From NCBI GenBank assembly GCA_951406725.2, contig OX597829.1, positions 21,514,001 through 21,578,000 of the forward strand: a stretch of DNA of 64,000 nt, given 5' to 3'. Each line of letters starts with the position of its first letter. Positions within the stretch are counted from its first letter, which is position 1. Of the stretch, positions 24,394 to 36,804 are shown one piece after another. Source of the stretch: Octopus vulgaris (lineage: Eukaryota). The position numbers were made by a program, and so were the translations under genes. Below the pieces are notes generated by a model. It ran no database searches and was not told the origin of the DNA. It saw only the letters and a program-made list of their open reading frames with translations.

Positions 24394-26182
24394 TGTGTGT
24401 GTGATGAAAATGCCATTCCCACATACAAATGACATATTTTTATATCTTTATAAATTTTTGTACCTAGTGATCACTTGAATAGAAAACATTGAGAAAATCA
24501 AAGAGTGCAAATGCTAAAAAAAAAAAAAAATCATCACCTCAATTAGAAAATATTGTGAGAAAGAGAAAGACCACAAAACTGAAAACAGAACAACAACAAT
24601 AACTGGACTCTTAAATGTTATTCCCTTTAAATTGTATTTTGGATTTTGGAAAACATCTTTTTGCAGTATCATCATCATCATCATTGTTTAACATCCACCT
24701 TCCATTCTGGCATGTAAAGAGTGGTTTGTTGATATAGAAGGTTGTAAATTTTTCCCATACCGAAGTTCAATAAACTGAAAAAAGTTATGTTATAGTTTAC
24801 AGTTAGCAGCTAGGGTTACTGTGTATGTGAGAAATTTTGCTAGCTATGAAACATATTTAGCCTGGATTTTATCTACTCCATTCTCTAATTTTGGATATGT
24901 ATATATATATACATACACGCACACACATATATACAAGAGGTATCTGGGTATTTCAGATGAAGCATACAAAACTGAAACAGTAAATGACTTTAGCTCGTAT
25001 TTCTTTTCTTCTTCTTTTTCACCATCATCATCACCATCACCATCATCATTGTTTAACATCCGCTTTCCATGCTAGCATGGGTTGAATGATTTGAGTGAGG
25101 TCTGGCGAACCAGATTGGCTGCGCCAGGCTCCAATCTGATCTGGCAGAGTTTCTACAGTTGGATGCCCTTCCTAATGCCAACCACTCTGAGACTATTGCG
25201 GGTGCTTTTTTTACATGCCACCGGCATGAGGGCCAGTCAGGCGGTACTGGCAACGGCCACGCTCAAGTGGTGTTTTTTACTTGCCACTTGCACAGGAGCC
25301 AGTCCAGCAGCATTGGCAATGACCTCGCTCGAATGTTTTTCCTGCCGGCACAAGTGCCAGTAAAGTGACGTTGGTAATGATCAGGTTTGAATGGTGCTTT
25401 TTACGTGCCACTGGCACGGAAGCCAGTCAGCTGCTGTGGCAGCGATCATGCTTGGATGGTGCTCTTAGCGCTCCACTGGCACAGGTGCCAGTCATCGAAT
25501 TTGCGAATTTGATTTGAGAGTGAATTTCAATAAATTTCAAAGATGAGTTTATTTGAAACACTGAAGGAATGTTGTTTCTCCCCGATCTGAAAAAATAGGG
25601 GAATGCTGTTCCCACAGGCTACACCTCTGTGTATGCATACACACATAAGGGGGCAGACCCAAGGTTGGGAGGACTGAGGGGTGGGGGGCATTTGCCCTCA
25701 CCCCTCGATAAAAGAAATGCGCCTTTCTAAATAAAGTTATTAAGCCCTTTTCTCCTGGAATTGCATTTCCTTCTAACCTTGCCCTCCCTTTGAAAAATTC
25801 CTAGGACCATACCTGCACACACACACACAAACAAATAAACACATGTGCATCTACATTTATTTTTACCAGCATGTTGTGATGGCTGGACATACACGTGTTG
25901 CTATTTCTCTATTTTGCCGTCTGTTCTTTTTCTCTCTCTCTCTTTGTCAATTCTTTCTTTCAGAATAAGAGTGAATAACTTGAAATGTAAAAAGACATTT
26001 GGGTTTTTTACCCCCCACCACCTACCTTCTCAACATTAAACTAATACATTCTGCATTTGGTTTTGCTTTTTTTCAGCTTGGCTTTATGTTATAATTTTTG
26101 CACTTATATATACACATAATCTCTCTCTTTCTAACATACACTCACACACACAGATCTCTTTCCATACATACTTATGCGTGTG

Positions 26183-26227
<45 letters not shown>

Positions 26228-26345
26228 GAATGGACAGGGAGAGAGAGAGAGAGAGAGGGAGGGGGAGAGAGAGAGAGAGAGAGGAATAGAGTAGATAAAA
26301 TCCAGGCTACATATGTTGCATAGCGAGTGGAACCTCGGAAGTGGC

Positions 26346-26437
26346 ACAGAATATTGGATGTCACAAAATACTACAATACATATATACCAAAGAATGTATA
26401 TATGTATTGTAGTATTTTGTGACCGCCAATATTCTGT
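26346..26437. repeat. Near-perfect hairpin, 42-bp arms with 8-nt loop
   Basis: ACAGAATATTGGATGTCACAAAATACTACAATACATATATAC and its reverse complement, 2 mismatches; third arm copy at about 26621-26657. Confidence 0.92.
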
Positions 26438-26979
26438 ACGTGTATGAATATACAGATACAATACCAATATTCCACTGAACTTTTTAATAATTCCTTCTGG
26501 AAACTATCTTTAACATTTTCTTGAGAATGTATATTGATGTTGGAATCTTTTGTGCCCAATATTTTCATGAACTTGTTAAACTTTTTTTATGTCCTTAACA
26601 TGTCCTTGTTACCAAAGACTGTATATATGTATTGTAGCATTTTGTGACAACCAATAATTAACACAACCAAACTTTTACATGTTACTTTTGACAATCTTTT
26701 TCTAAAGAGTGAAACCAGTAAAGTAAATAAACATCTTTTAAAATTGCATTTTCAAACCTTCTTTCGTATATAATTACACTCGTGCGGTACCTTACAACTC
26801 CACTTTGTTATGTATATATCAACAATGATCTACTTGTATAGGTAAAGTAGGCATTGCCTGGCCAGACTGAAATTATATTGATTATTAAACATACAAAAAA
26901 AAAATGTAAATGATTCTCAAATTTATTACAAAAATGTTAATTTAATTCAGTGAGCAAATCAGTAAATGGTCAATATATA

Positions 26980-27192
26980 CCGCCAGCCTCGTCTGGCACC
27001 TGTGTCGGTGGCACATAAAATCACCCACTACACTCTCGGAGTGGTTGGCGTTAGGAAGGGCATCCAGCTGTAGAAACACTGCCAGATCTGACTGGCCTGG
27101 TGCAGCCTTCGGGCTTCCCAGACCCAGTTGAACCGTCCAACCCATGCTAGCATGGAAAGCGGACGTTAAACGATGATGATGATGATGATGAT
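26980..27192 (+). mobile_element. Short RTE 3'-tail insertion; related tails at about 14050-14250, 25045-25500(-), 51350-51643, 54883-55176, 63030-63130(-)
   Basis: GAGTGGTTGGCGTTAGGAAGGGCATCCAGCTGTAGAAAC...CATGCTAGCATGGAAAGCGGACGTTAAAC(GAT)n. Confidence 0.85.
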
Positions 27193-28299
27193 TTTACTGA
27201 ATGACTGCTATTCAGTTTTATTAATGCATGCCATTATGAAAGCTGAGTGGAAACTGTAATCAAGGTGAATTGCAGATCAATGTATTTTTCAAGGTCATGG
27301 TTAGACCTGAACAGGATAAACACAAACAGTTATATTTCAGCTATATAAATAAATAAAGTAGGTTAAAATTGTTAAAACATATTATTTGTAAATGTGTGTG
27401 TGTGGGTGGTGGGGTGGGGATGGTTTCTTCATATTATGGCAGAAAAAAAAATTATATTTTCATCCTTTAAGACTGTAAATATATATATTTCTTTACTACC
27501 CACAAGGGGCTAAACACAGAGGACAAACAAGGACAGACAGAGGGATTAAGTTGATTAGATCGATCCCAGTGCGTAACTGGTACTTAATTTATCGACTCCG
27601 AATTTGAACTCAGAAGGGCAGACGAAATACGGCTACGCATTTTGCCCGGCGTGCTAACGTTTCTGCCAGCTCACTGCCTTTCAGACTGTAAATATATAGT
27701 TTAATGAAAGACCTGCAGGGGAACTGACTGATGTTATTGTCAGCAATGAGGTACAAATGAATCCAAAGTCACAGTCATCAGTATGATATGACAGTATTAG
27801 AAATAATGATTAACAACAATTATGTCACATCTAATTACTGCTAAATGAGGGGAATTAAACTGATGTGGTTGTTCAGAATAAGGTACGAGGAATCCAGACA
27901 TAGTCTTCACTATGATATCAGAATAATAATAAGGATGATGGTTTCAGATTTTGGCACACCACCACCACCATCATGAGTTAACATCCACTTTCCATGCTGG
28001 CATGGGTTGGATGGTTTGACAGAAGCCGGAAAGCCAAAAGACTGCACCTTGCTTCACTGTCAGTTTTGGCAGGGTTTTTATGGCTGGATACCCTTCCTAA
28101 TACCAACCATCTTACAAGGCCAATAATTTCAGGGAATGGATAAATCAATTACACTAACTCTAGTGCTCATCTCTGAAAGGATGAAAGGCAACAATCGACT
28201 TTGGCAGAATTTGGACTCAGAATGTAATAATGGTTGAAATGCTGCCGAGCATTTTGCCTGGCATACTAACAAGTCTGCGAGCTCACCGCAATAATAATA

Positions 28300-29040
28300 A
28301 GTAGATGCTGTTATCAGTAGAATTGATATTGGAAATATAGATGACATTAACTTATTGATCTATGCAGGAGGAATGGTAGCTATAAGAAGACTAGGTATTC
28401 TTTAAGGAAACAATAAGAAGGAGCAGATGTGGAAAAAGAGATTAGAAAATAATATGAAAACTGTAAGAGAAGATGTAAGTAGAATAGAAAACTGAAAACA
28501 GGACAAGTTAGAAAACAATATTTGAATCTCTTGAGAAAAAAATATGTAGTTAAAGAGAAGAGATTTGAGACGGTCATGGAAGAGATGAAACAATGTATCA
28601 AAGCAACAGCAGGTAAGTTTTGCAGATATCAGAAAAAAATAGACCAGTTTCAACAGAACAGATTGTTTGAGACAGACCAGAGGAGATTTTATTGCCAAAT
28701 AAATAGTGTAAAAGAAAGTACTGAAGATGAGAAGCCTAATGCAGAAGAAGTTCTGGAGTAATATTTGGGATAAGCCAGTTAATCATGATGAGGATGCAGC
28801 ATGGTTAAAGAAAGTGAGGGACGAAGCCATTAGTTGGAAGCACCCAGATCTAAGACTAACAAATGTGTTAATAAGTAAAGTTTAGAAAGAATACTGAAAT
28901 GGAAGGGCCCAGGACTAGATTTAGTACAAGGGTATTGATTAAAGAAATTTAGTAGTTCTCATAGAAAAGAGTTTCAGTATTGCCTAAATGGAGGAGTCAT
29001 TCCTGATTGGATGACTAGAGAGAGAACAGTACTCCTTATG
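28300..29040 (+). mobile_element. R4/Dong-clade LINE fragment, region N-terminal to RT
   Basis: INLLIYAGG, YQKKIDQFQQNRLFETDQRRFY, FWSNIWDKP, WKGPGLDLVQGY, IPDWMTRERTVLL; many stops; preceded by (TAA)n. Confidence 0.85.
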
Positions 29041-30245
29041 GAAAGCGGACGTTAAACGATGATGATGATATGATTATTATTATTATTATTATTAACAGCA
29101 GATTTCACTATTGTTAAATGTTATTATCAGTAATGTGGTATACATGAATCCAAAGAGACAATCTTCAGTAATGTGACACTATTCTACTACTGCTAATAAT
29201 AATAATAATCCTTCCTACTATAGGAACAAGGCTTGAAATTTAGGAGAGGGGGATAGATGACTACATCAACCCCAGTAATCAACTGGTACTTAATTTATTG
29301 ACCCCAAAAGGATGAAAGGTAAAGTCAACCTCAACAGAATTTGAACTCAGAATGTAGCAGCAGATGAAATACCGCTAAGTATTTCACCTGGCGTGCTAAC
29401 AATTCCGCCAGCAAATAAAAAACCTGTTGATGGAAATTAACAGATATTGTCTTGAAAGCAGTGTACAAGTAGATTCCAAGACACAGTCTTCAGTAAAGTG
29501 ATGTCACCACAATAACAACAACAATAATGGCTACAACATGACAACAGGAGCTGGTGAACCAGAGGCTAGCATCAAGTTCCAAAGTCTGCTTTTGGCATGT
29601 TTTCATTGGCTGGACACCCTTGCTAACACCAACCACTTTACACTGTGTATTGGATGTTTTTTGTTATATCTGACACTGACATGAGTGAAGTGTAAATGTC
29701 ACCCATTACACGTTCTGTGTGAAAAAGCAGACCACAAGTTAGCATAGGAAGCAAATCTTAAACGCAATCAGCTGACACGTTCAGGAGACATGACTGTGAT
29801 GGGGATGGACATGTGATGAGCCTGGCAATGTTTCTTGCGTGGAAACAAAATCAGATGTCAAGGTACTGAGCCATACAGTAGAAAAGGCAAAAAAAAAAGA
29901 AAATGTTGCATGGCAAACCCACCTTATCCCTGACAGCAGAGAAAGATTTCTGTTTAAAAACAACAACAATCATGGAAATATGATGATGGTGGTGGTGGTG
30001 GTTATGACAGGGATGATGATGATAATGATGACAACGATAATGATGATGATGGTGGAGATGTTAGATGTAGTTGTGAGGCTGATCCCCATGGTAATGATGG
30101 GTGTGGATGGTGATGATGATTGATGTCATAGTCATGGCAGTGGTAGCAGTGGGGATGATGATGATGATGATAATAACGATGATGATAAGGAGGAGGAGGG
30201 GGACAATGATGGTGGAGTTGATATACAAAAAAATCATCTACTAAC

Positions 30246-30436
30246 TTATGGTACTCTTCCGTGCTTTGGCCGTCCTGTTGTGGTATGTAGTATGGTACTA
30301 TGTAAGGACAACTGAGGTAGAAGTTAGCCAATAGTAGATCACCAAATTCAGGAAAATTCTGCCACAGACCAACAGCAACGAGAGCAATGGCGAAAGCAGA
30401 TTCATGACTGGAGGACACTTGTTCTGCTCCTTTTTT
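30246..30436 (-). CDS. GLE1: GLE1 coding exon (KKGAEQVSSSHESAFAIA...CPYIVPYYIPQQDGQSTEEYHK)
   Basis: aacag acceptor, AA|gttagt donor, 191 nt, phase 0 to 2; matches recalled human KQGEEEVASHHEAAFPIA...CPYSVPFYP. Confidence 0.95.
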
Positions 30437-30675
30437 CTGTTATTTGAAAATAATATACATAAATAAATGTTATTTTGAAGAAACAAACAAAAAACAAAAA
30501 AAAATCTCCTGCATAGCTGCAGGTGCGGCTGTGCGGTAAGAAACTTACTTCCCAACCACATGGTTCTGGGTTCAGTCCCACTGTGTGGCACCTTGGGCAA
30601 GCTTCTTCTATTATAGCCTTAGGCTAACCAAAAGCCTTGTGAATGGATTTGGTAGACAGAGAAACTGAACGAAGC

Positions 30676-30747
<72 letters not shown>

Positions 30748-31892
30748 GTGCCCTTTTAAAACCTAGTCAGGCTCATGGGCCCAGTTTCCCGGTTTCAATG
30801 GCGTATGTGTTCCCCAGCTGGACGGGACACCGGTCCGTCGCAGTGTTACTCATTTTTACCAGCTGAATGGACTGGAGCAACGTGAAATAAAGTGTTTTGC
30901 TCAAGAACACAATGCATTGCCCAGTCCAGGAATCACAACCACAATCTTACGATCATGATGTTGAAACCCTAACCACTAAGCCACGTGCCTCCACACATAC
31001 ACACATATATGTGTGTGTGTGTGTGTGTGTGTTTGTCCTCTGCACCATTGCTTGACACCAATCTAGGTGTGTTTATGTACCTGTAACTTAGCAACTCGGC
31101 AAAAGTGACATAAGTACTAGGCTTACAAAGAATACATCCTGGGGTTGATTTTTTCGACTAGAAAACCCTTTATGGTGGTGCTCCAGCATGGCCGCAGTTA
31201 AATGACTGAAACAAGTTAAAGAATAAAAAAATATCTTTACTCTTTATCATCTTTTATTTTTTACTTGTTCCAGTCATTAGAGTGAGGACAATGTGGAGCA
31301 CCACCTGGAATTTGAAGAATTTTAATTGAACAAATTGACTCCAGTACTAACTGCTAGGTTACAGGGATGTAAACACACCAACACCAGTTGTTAAGTGGTG
31401 GTGGGGAAACAAACACACATGCATGTATGCACGCATACACACATACACACAGCTTCCATCTACCCATCTATTCACAAGGCACTGTTGTAGTAGAAGACAC
31501 TTGTCCAAAGTGCCATGTAGTGAGAACTGAACCCAGAAGCATGTGGTTGGAAAGCAAGCAAACTTCTTATTTCTTTATTGCCCACAAGGGGCTAAACACA
31601 GAGGAGACAAACAAGGACAGACAAATGGATTAAGTCGATTACATCGACCCCAGTGTGTAACTGGGGTACTTAATTTGTTGACCCCGAAAGGATGAAAGGC
31701 AAAGTCGACTTCGGCGGAATTTGAACTGAGAACATAGTGGCAGACGAAATACAACCAAGTATTTCACCCGGCGTGCTAATGTTTCTGCCAGCTCGCAGCC
31801 TGTGTAGTAAGAAGCAAATTTCTTATCACACACACACACACACACAAAAAATATTATATAAATGTTTATCAGAAAATGAAACATGTACTTAC

Positions 31893-32105
31893 AACTATCA
31901 TTTTTGCAATAAAGAATATAGCATAAGTGATTCCTTCAGGTTGTTCTTTTGTAGAAATATGCTTATTGGAAACCTCAATTGTTTGTCCCTGAACAAGCAT
32001 CGTTAATTTGGTTAGTTTATCCTTCAAGTGGGTTCCACTCACAGGTGAAATGGCATTAATTAGCGTATTGGCTGCTTTACGAATACTAAACACATATTCT
32101 TTTAA
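31893..32105 (-). CDS. GLE1: GLE1 coding exon (LKEYVFSIRKAANTLINAISPVSGTHLKDKL...FFIAKMIV)
   Basis: tttcag acceptor, GTT|gtaagt donor, 213 nt, phase 0 to 0; resembles the vertebrate GLE1 segment KAATIPVSQISTIAGSKLK. Confidence 0.93.
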
Positions 32106-33139
32106 CTGAAAGAAAAAAAAAAGGGAATGAGTTATAGCATATAAATAAATAAATTTTAGCATTATAAAGTTTTTAAACTAATCCAGATATGGCAAACATT
32201 GTGTTAAATTGATATGTATATCATGTCTTATTCATTTATTTTTCATTTAATTAATTTATTTTTAGATGATTATTATAATTTTAAATACATATATTATAAA
32301 TTGGAGTACATGGTAACCTACATCATACTAGGGTGGATGCCTTCAATTCCAATTCCACTTGCTGCCACAACATGTTATTATATTAACAAAAATCTGTTGA
32401 AAATATACCAAATCTAAATGACCTTGTATACTGAGCACCCTCTAATGTTGTGGAAGTTCATGGCATTAAAAAAAAAAATTGAGGGAAAAAGAAAGACACG
32501 CGATGGAAACTAAGACTTGAGAATCAAATTAAATGGTTCTATAGAAATCTTGAACAGATAAATGAGAGCAATGGAAAGAGGATAGAGAAGAGAAGACAGC
32601 AACAACCTTCAAAGAAAGTATGAAAGACACAAAGGATTGTGAGGGTATTTAAAGAAGAGACAAGACACAAAAAAAAAATTAAAGCAGTGTCAGTTAAAAG
32701 AAAAGAAAGATATCAATAGTAGGTACATGTGTTGCTGTGTGGTAAGAAGCTTGGTTCTGGGTTCGGTCCCACTGTGTGACACCAAGGGCATATGTCTTCA
32801 ACTATAGCCGTGGGCCAACCAAAGCCTTGTGAGTGGATTTGGTAGGTGGAAACTGAAAGAAGTCCATTGTATACATGTGTGTGTCTGTGTGTATGTCTTT
32901 GTGTCTGTGACTGTGTTTGTCCCCCACTACCACTTGACAACTGGTGTTGGTGTGTTTATATCCCTGTAACTTAACAGTTTGGCAAAAGAGACTGATAGAA
33001 TAAGTACCAGGCTTAAGAATATAAGTCATGGGGCTGATTTGTTTGACTGAAACACTTCAAGGCAGTGCTCCAGCATGGCTGCAGTCAAATGACTGAAACA
33101 AATAAAAAATAAAGGACAAAAATAAATAAAAACATTTTT

Positions 33140-34330
33140 TTAAATACCAGCAGATCAGGCTCTTCAGAAACAATGAGAAGGAATTTTAACTGAACAATGA
33201 AGAAGAATATCAGGGGAATAATGTATGTACCAGACTCTGAAGCAACAAATACCTTTTGGTCAGATATCTGAAGTGAAGAGGGTCAACATAATATGGAAGT
33301 GGACTGGTTCACTTCCATGTTATGCTGAAACGGAAAACAGGTTAAAACAAGAAAATATAAATATTACAGATAAGAGGGTGAAAAAGATGCTTCAGAAAAT
33401 ATCAAATTAGAAAGCTCCTGGATCAGAAGGGTTCTGACTCAAAAATTTCTAGAACCTGAACAGCTTTTTACAACAGCTTCTTACTGATTGCATACAAAAT
33501 GGAATCACCAACATAGATGAGAAAAGGAAAGGCTGTGCTAATATCGAAAAACAATAAAAACAGAGGTAAAGTCATTTGTTATAGACCTAATATGTGCTGA
33601 CTGGAAACTATTAACTAACTTCAAAGCAAATGAAGAGCATAGCTTTGTGGAGAAGGAGAATTTATTGCCAGAGGAGCAAAAAGAATGCATAAAGAAGTCA
33701 AGGGAAAATGCTGATCTGATGCATAATGATAGTAGGACACTAAATGTGATACGAATAAGAAGCAAAAAAATATAGCTATTGGACAGATAGACTTCAAGAA
33801 ATTTATGACGATGTTCTACACTGCTGGCTCATGGAATGTCTGGGGACACTCAAAGTCAATGAGAAGATAAACTGTGTTTTTTTTTAGAAATAAGAAACAA
33901 TTAGAGCAATGGAAGTAAAACAAATGTGAATCATTAGGAAATGTGAAAATACAAAGGGGGATACTCCAGGGAGACTCACTCTCTCCTTTACTTTTCATCA
34001 TTGCATTAATCCCTTTAACAAAGATATTGAGAAAATACAGGCCTTCCCTATGAATTTGCTTAAACCTACAGTATATGGATGACCTCAAACTGTATACAAA
34101 CCCCCCAGCCACCCAAAATCCTAGACTCCCTTATCCAAATGGATTATTTACCAAGGATGATGATGATGATGATTGGTATGCAATTTGGATAAAAAGTGTG
34201 CAGCATTAATTATGAAAAGAAACTGAAAGACAAACTCTGATGTTATAAAATTACCAGATATCATTAGATCGCTGAGAAATAATGAAGGGTACAAGTACCT
34301 TAGGATAAATAGGATAATGGAAGGAGGAGA
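33140..34330 (+). mobile_element. R4/Dong-clade LINE reverse transcriptase fragment, degenerate
   Basis: KAPGSEGF, LLPEEQKEC, IDFKK, RGILQGDSLSPLLFIIALIPL, YMDDLKLY, EGYKYLG. Confidence 0.88.
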
Positions 34331-34339
34331 GAGAAAATC

Positions 34340-34862
34340 TCTGTACTGTAACATTGTACCCACTTCTAGTACTCTAATATCTTAACCACTTCCTGTACTC
34401 AAACATTCCACTCACATTCTGTACTCTAACACATTATCCACGTCATGCACTCTAACATCTTTACTAACTTTGTGTACTTTAATATGTCACTCACTTTCCG
34501 TGCTTTAGCACCTTCCTAACTTACTGTACTTTTTTTTATCATCTTACCCACTTTCTGTACTCTTTAAACCTCATTTCTTTATTGCCCACAAGGGGCTAAA
34601 CATAGAGGGGACAAACAAGGACAGACAAAGTGATTAAGTCAATTACATTGATCCCAGTGCGTAACTGGTATTTTATTTATTGACCCCCAAAAGGATGAAA
34701 GGCAAAGTCGACCTCAGCTGAATTTGAACTCAGAACATAACGGCAGACGAAATACTGCTAAGCATTTCGCTCAGCGTGCTAACGATTTTGCCAGCTCACC
34801 GCCTTATTCACCTCTTATACTCAAACAGTTTACCTACTTCCTGTACTCTCTAACACCTTATT
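34340..34862 (+). repeat. Degenerate ~26-bp minisatellite split by a family B SINE
   Basis: Consensus CTGTACTCTAACACATTACCCACTTC. Confidence 0.75.
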
Positions 34863-35463
34863 CTCCTCCTGATAACCCAATGTACAATACTAACTGATAA
34901 TGATGATGGTCATACTTGGTAATTTCAGGCACTCCTTTTAGATATAATGGTTTCTGAAGCAAAATGTTATTTACAAGATCCCAAAGGCTGAAATCCCATT
35001 GCTGTTTTAACCACAGGTAAGAGGTTACCAAGCAGATTTAGGATCAAATACATTCCTGTTATGAACAGGCAAGTCATTGCTTATTTTTTTCCAGTCTCGG
35101 TATATTTAGGACGTATCTCAGCCCCTCTCAAGAAGAGGCAGCAAACTGGAGGGTAATTTAGCTATTTCTTTGAGTTAAGTGACAATACAAAGACTCTTAG
35201 CTTGATATTCCATTGTTTAGTTTCGGTGACAAAGTGACAGTCAAATGCCATGTCACGAAATCAAAACACAAGAAATAACAAAAAATATAATGAATTACAA
35301 AGATATTTTAATTAGTTGCCATAATGATTGTTAGCATGAATAGGAGCTTATATTGTATTGCTGCTACCATTACTGTTTTAACATCTACTTTTACATGCTT
35401 GCAAGGGTTGGTCTGAGTTATTGAGGTAGATTTTTGATGGCTGGATGCTCTTCCTGTCACCAA

Positions 35464-35502
<39 letters not shown>

Positions 35503-35504
<2 letters not shown>

Positions 35505-36696
35505 TACCTTCCTTCTTGTGACACTTGTGAAGACCTGTTGAGGCAAGTGAAAATCAAAAATCAAAATCAAAATCAAAACAAATCAAAATAGATGAACATC
35601 AATGGAATCTGTATCTTTGTGGTACCAGTGCCGGTGGCACACAAGAGAACCATCCGAACGTGGCCGTAGCCAGTTCCGCATCAACCGGCCTCCGTGCTGT
35701 GGGCACGTAACAAACACCATCTGATCATGGCCGTTCGCCAGCCTCATCTGGCACCTGTGTCGGTGGCACATAAAAACACCTTCCGAAGACCCGGCAAGAC
35801 TAGTCAGTCCACCTGTGCATACCTTCCTTCTTGTGACACTTGTGAAGACTGGTTGAGGCAAGTGAAAATCAAAAATCAAAAATCAAATCAAATCAAATCA
35901 AATCAAAATAGACAAAATAGATGAACATCAATGGAATTTGTATCTTGTGGTACCAGTGCCTGTGGCACACAAGAATCCATCAGTGCTGTAGTCAGTGCGG
36001 TGGGCACATGACAAACACCATCCGATCGTGGCCGTTCGCCAGCCTCATCTAGCACCTGTGTCGGTGGCACATAAAAACACCATCCGAAGACCCGGCAAGA
36101 CTAGTCAGGCCATAACCCATGGCCCCTACCTGGGACGTAGTCAGTCCACCTGTGCATACCTTCCTTCTTGTGACACTTGTGAAGACCTGTTGAGGCAAGT
36201 GAAAATCAAAACAAATCAAAATAGATGAACATCAATGGAATTTGTATCCTTGTGGTACACAAGAAAACCATCCGAACGTGGCCGTAGCCAGTACCGCATC
36301 GACTGGCCTCCGTGCTGTGGGCACGTAACAAGCACCATCCGATCGTGGCCGTTTTGCCAGCCTCATCTGGCACCTGTGTCGGTGGCACATAAAAACACCA
36401 TCCGAGCGTGGCCGTCTGCCAGCCTCGTCTGGCACCTGTGTCGGTGGCACATAAAAAACACCATCCGAGCGTGGCCGTTTGCCAGCCTCGTCTGGCACCT
36501 GTGTCGGTGGCACATAAAATCACCCACTACACTCTCGGAGTGGTTGGCGTTAGGAAGGGCATCCAGCTGTAGAAACACTGCCAGATCTGACTGGACTGGT
36601 GCAGCTTTCGGGCTCCCCAGACCCCAGTTGAACCGTCCAACCCATGCTAGCATGGAAAGCGGACGTTAAATGATGATGATGATGATGATGATGATG
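35503..36696 (+). mobile_element. Three tandem partial copies of the young RTE 3' UTR ending in (GAT)n
   Basis: CATACCTTCCTTCTTGTGACACTTGTGAAGAC recurs at 35503, 35818 and 36155; near-identical to the reverse complement of 10940-11590. Confidence 0.9.
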
Positions 36697-36768
36697 AAAC
36701 GGGCCAATATGTTGAAGCCCAGCCACATGGCATTTGGAGTTGCCCAAAATGAAAACAAACATCAACTA

Positions 36769-36804
<36 letters not shown>

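Noticed and set aside
30002-30245. His-rich extension of the GLE1 exon in ORF 30002..30418
   Set aside because: Read-through into an intronic CAT/CAC microsatellite past the donor at 30245.
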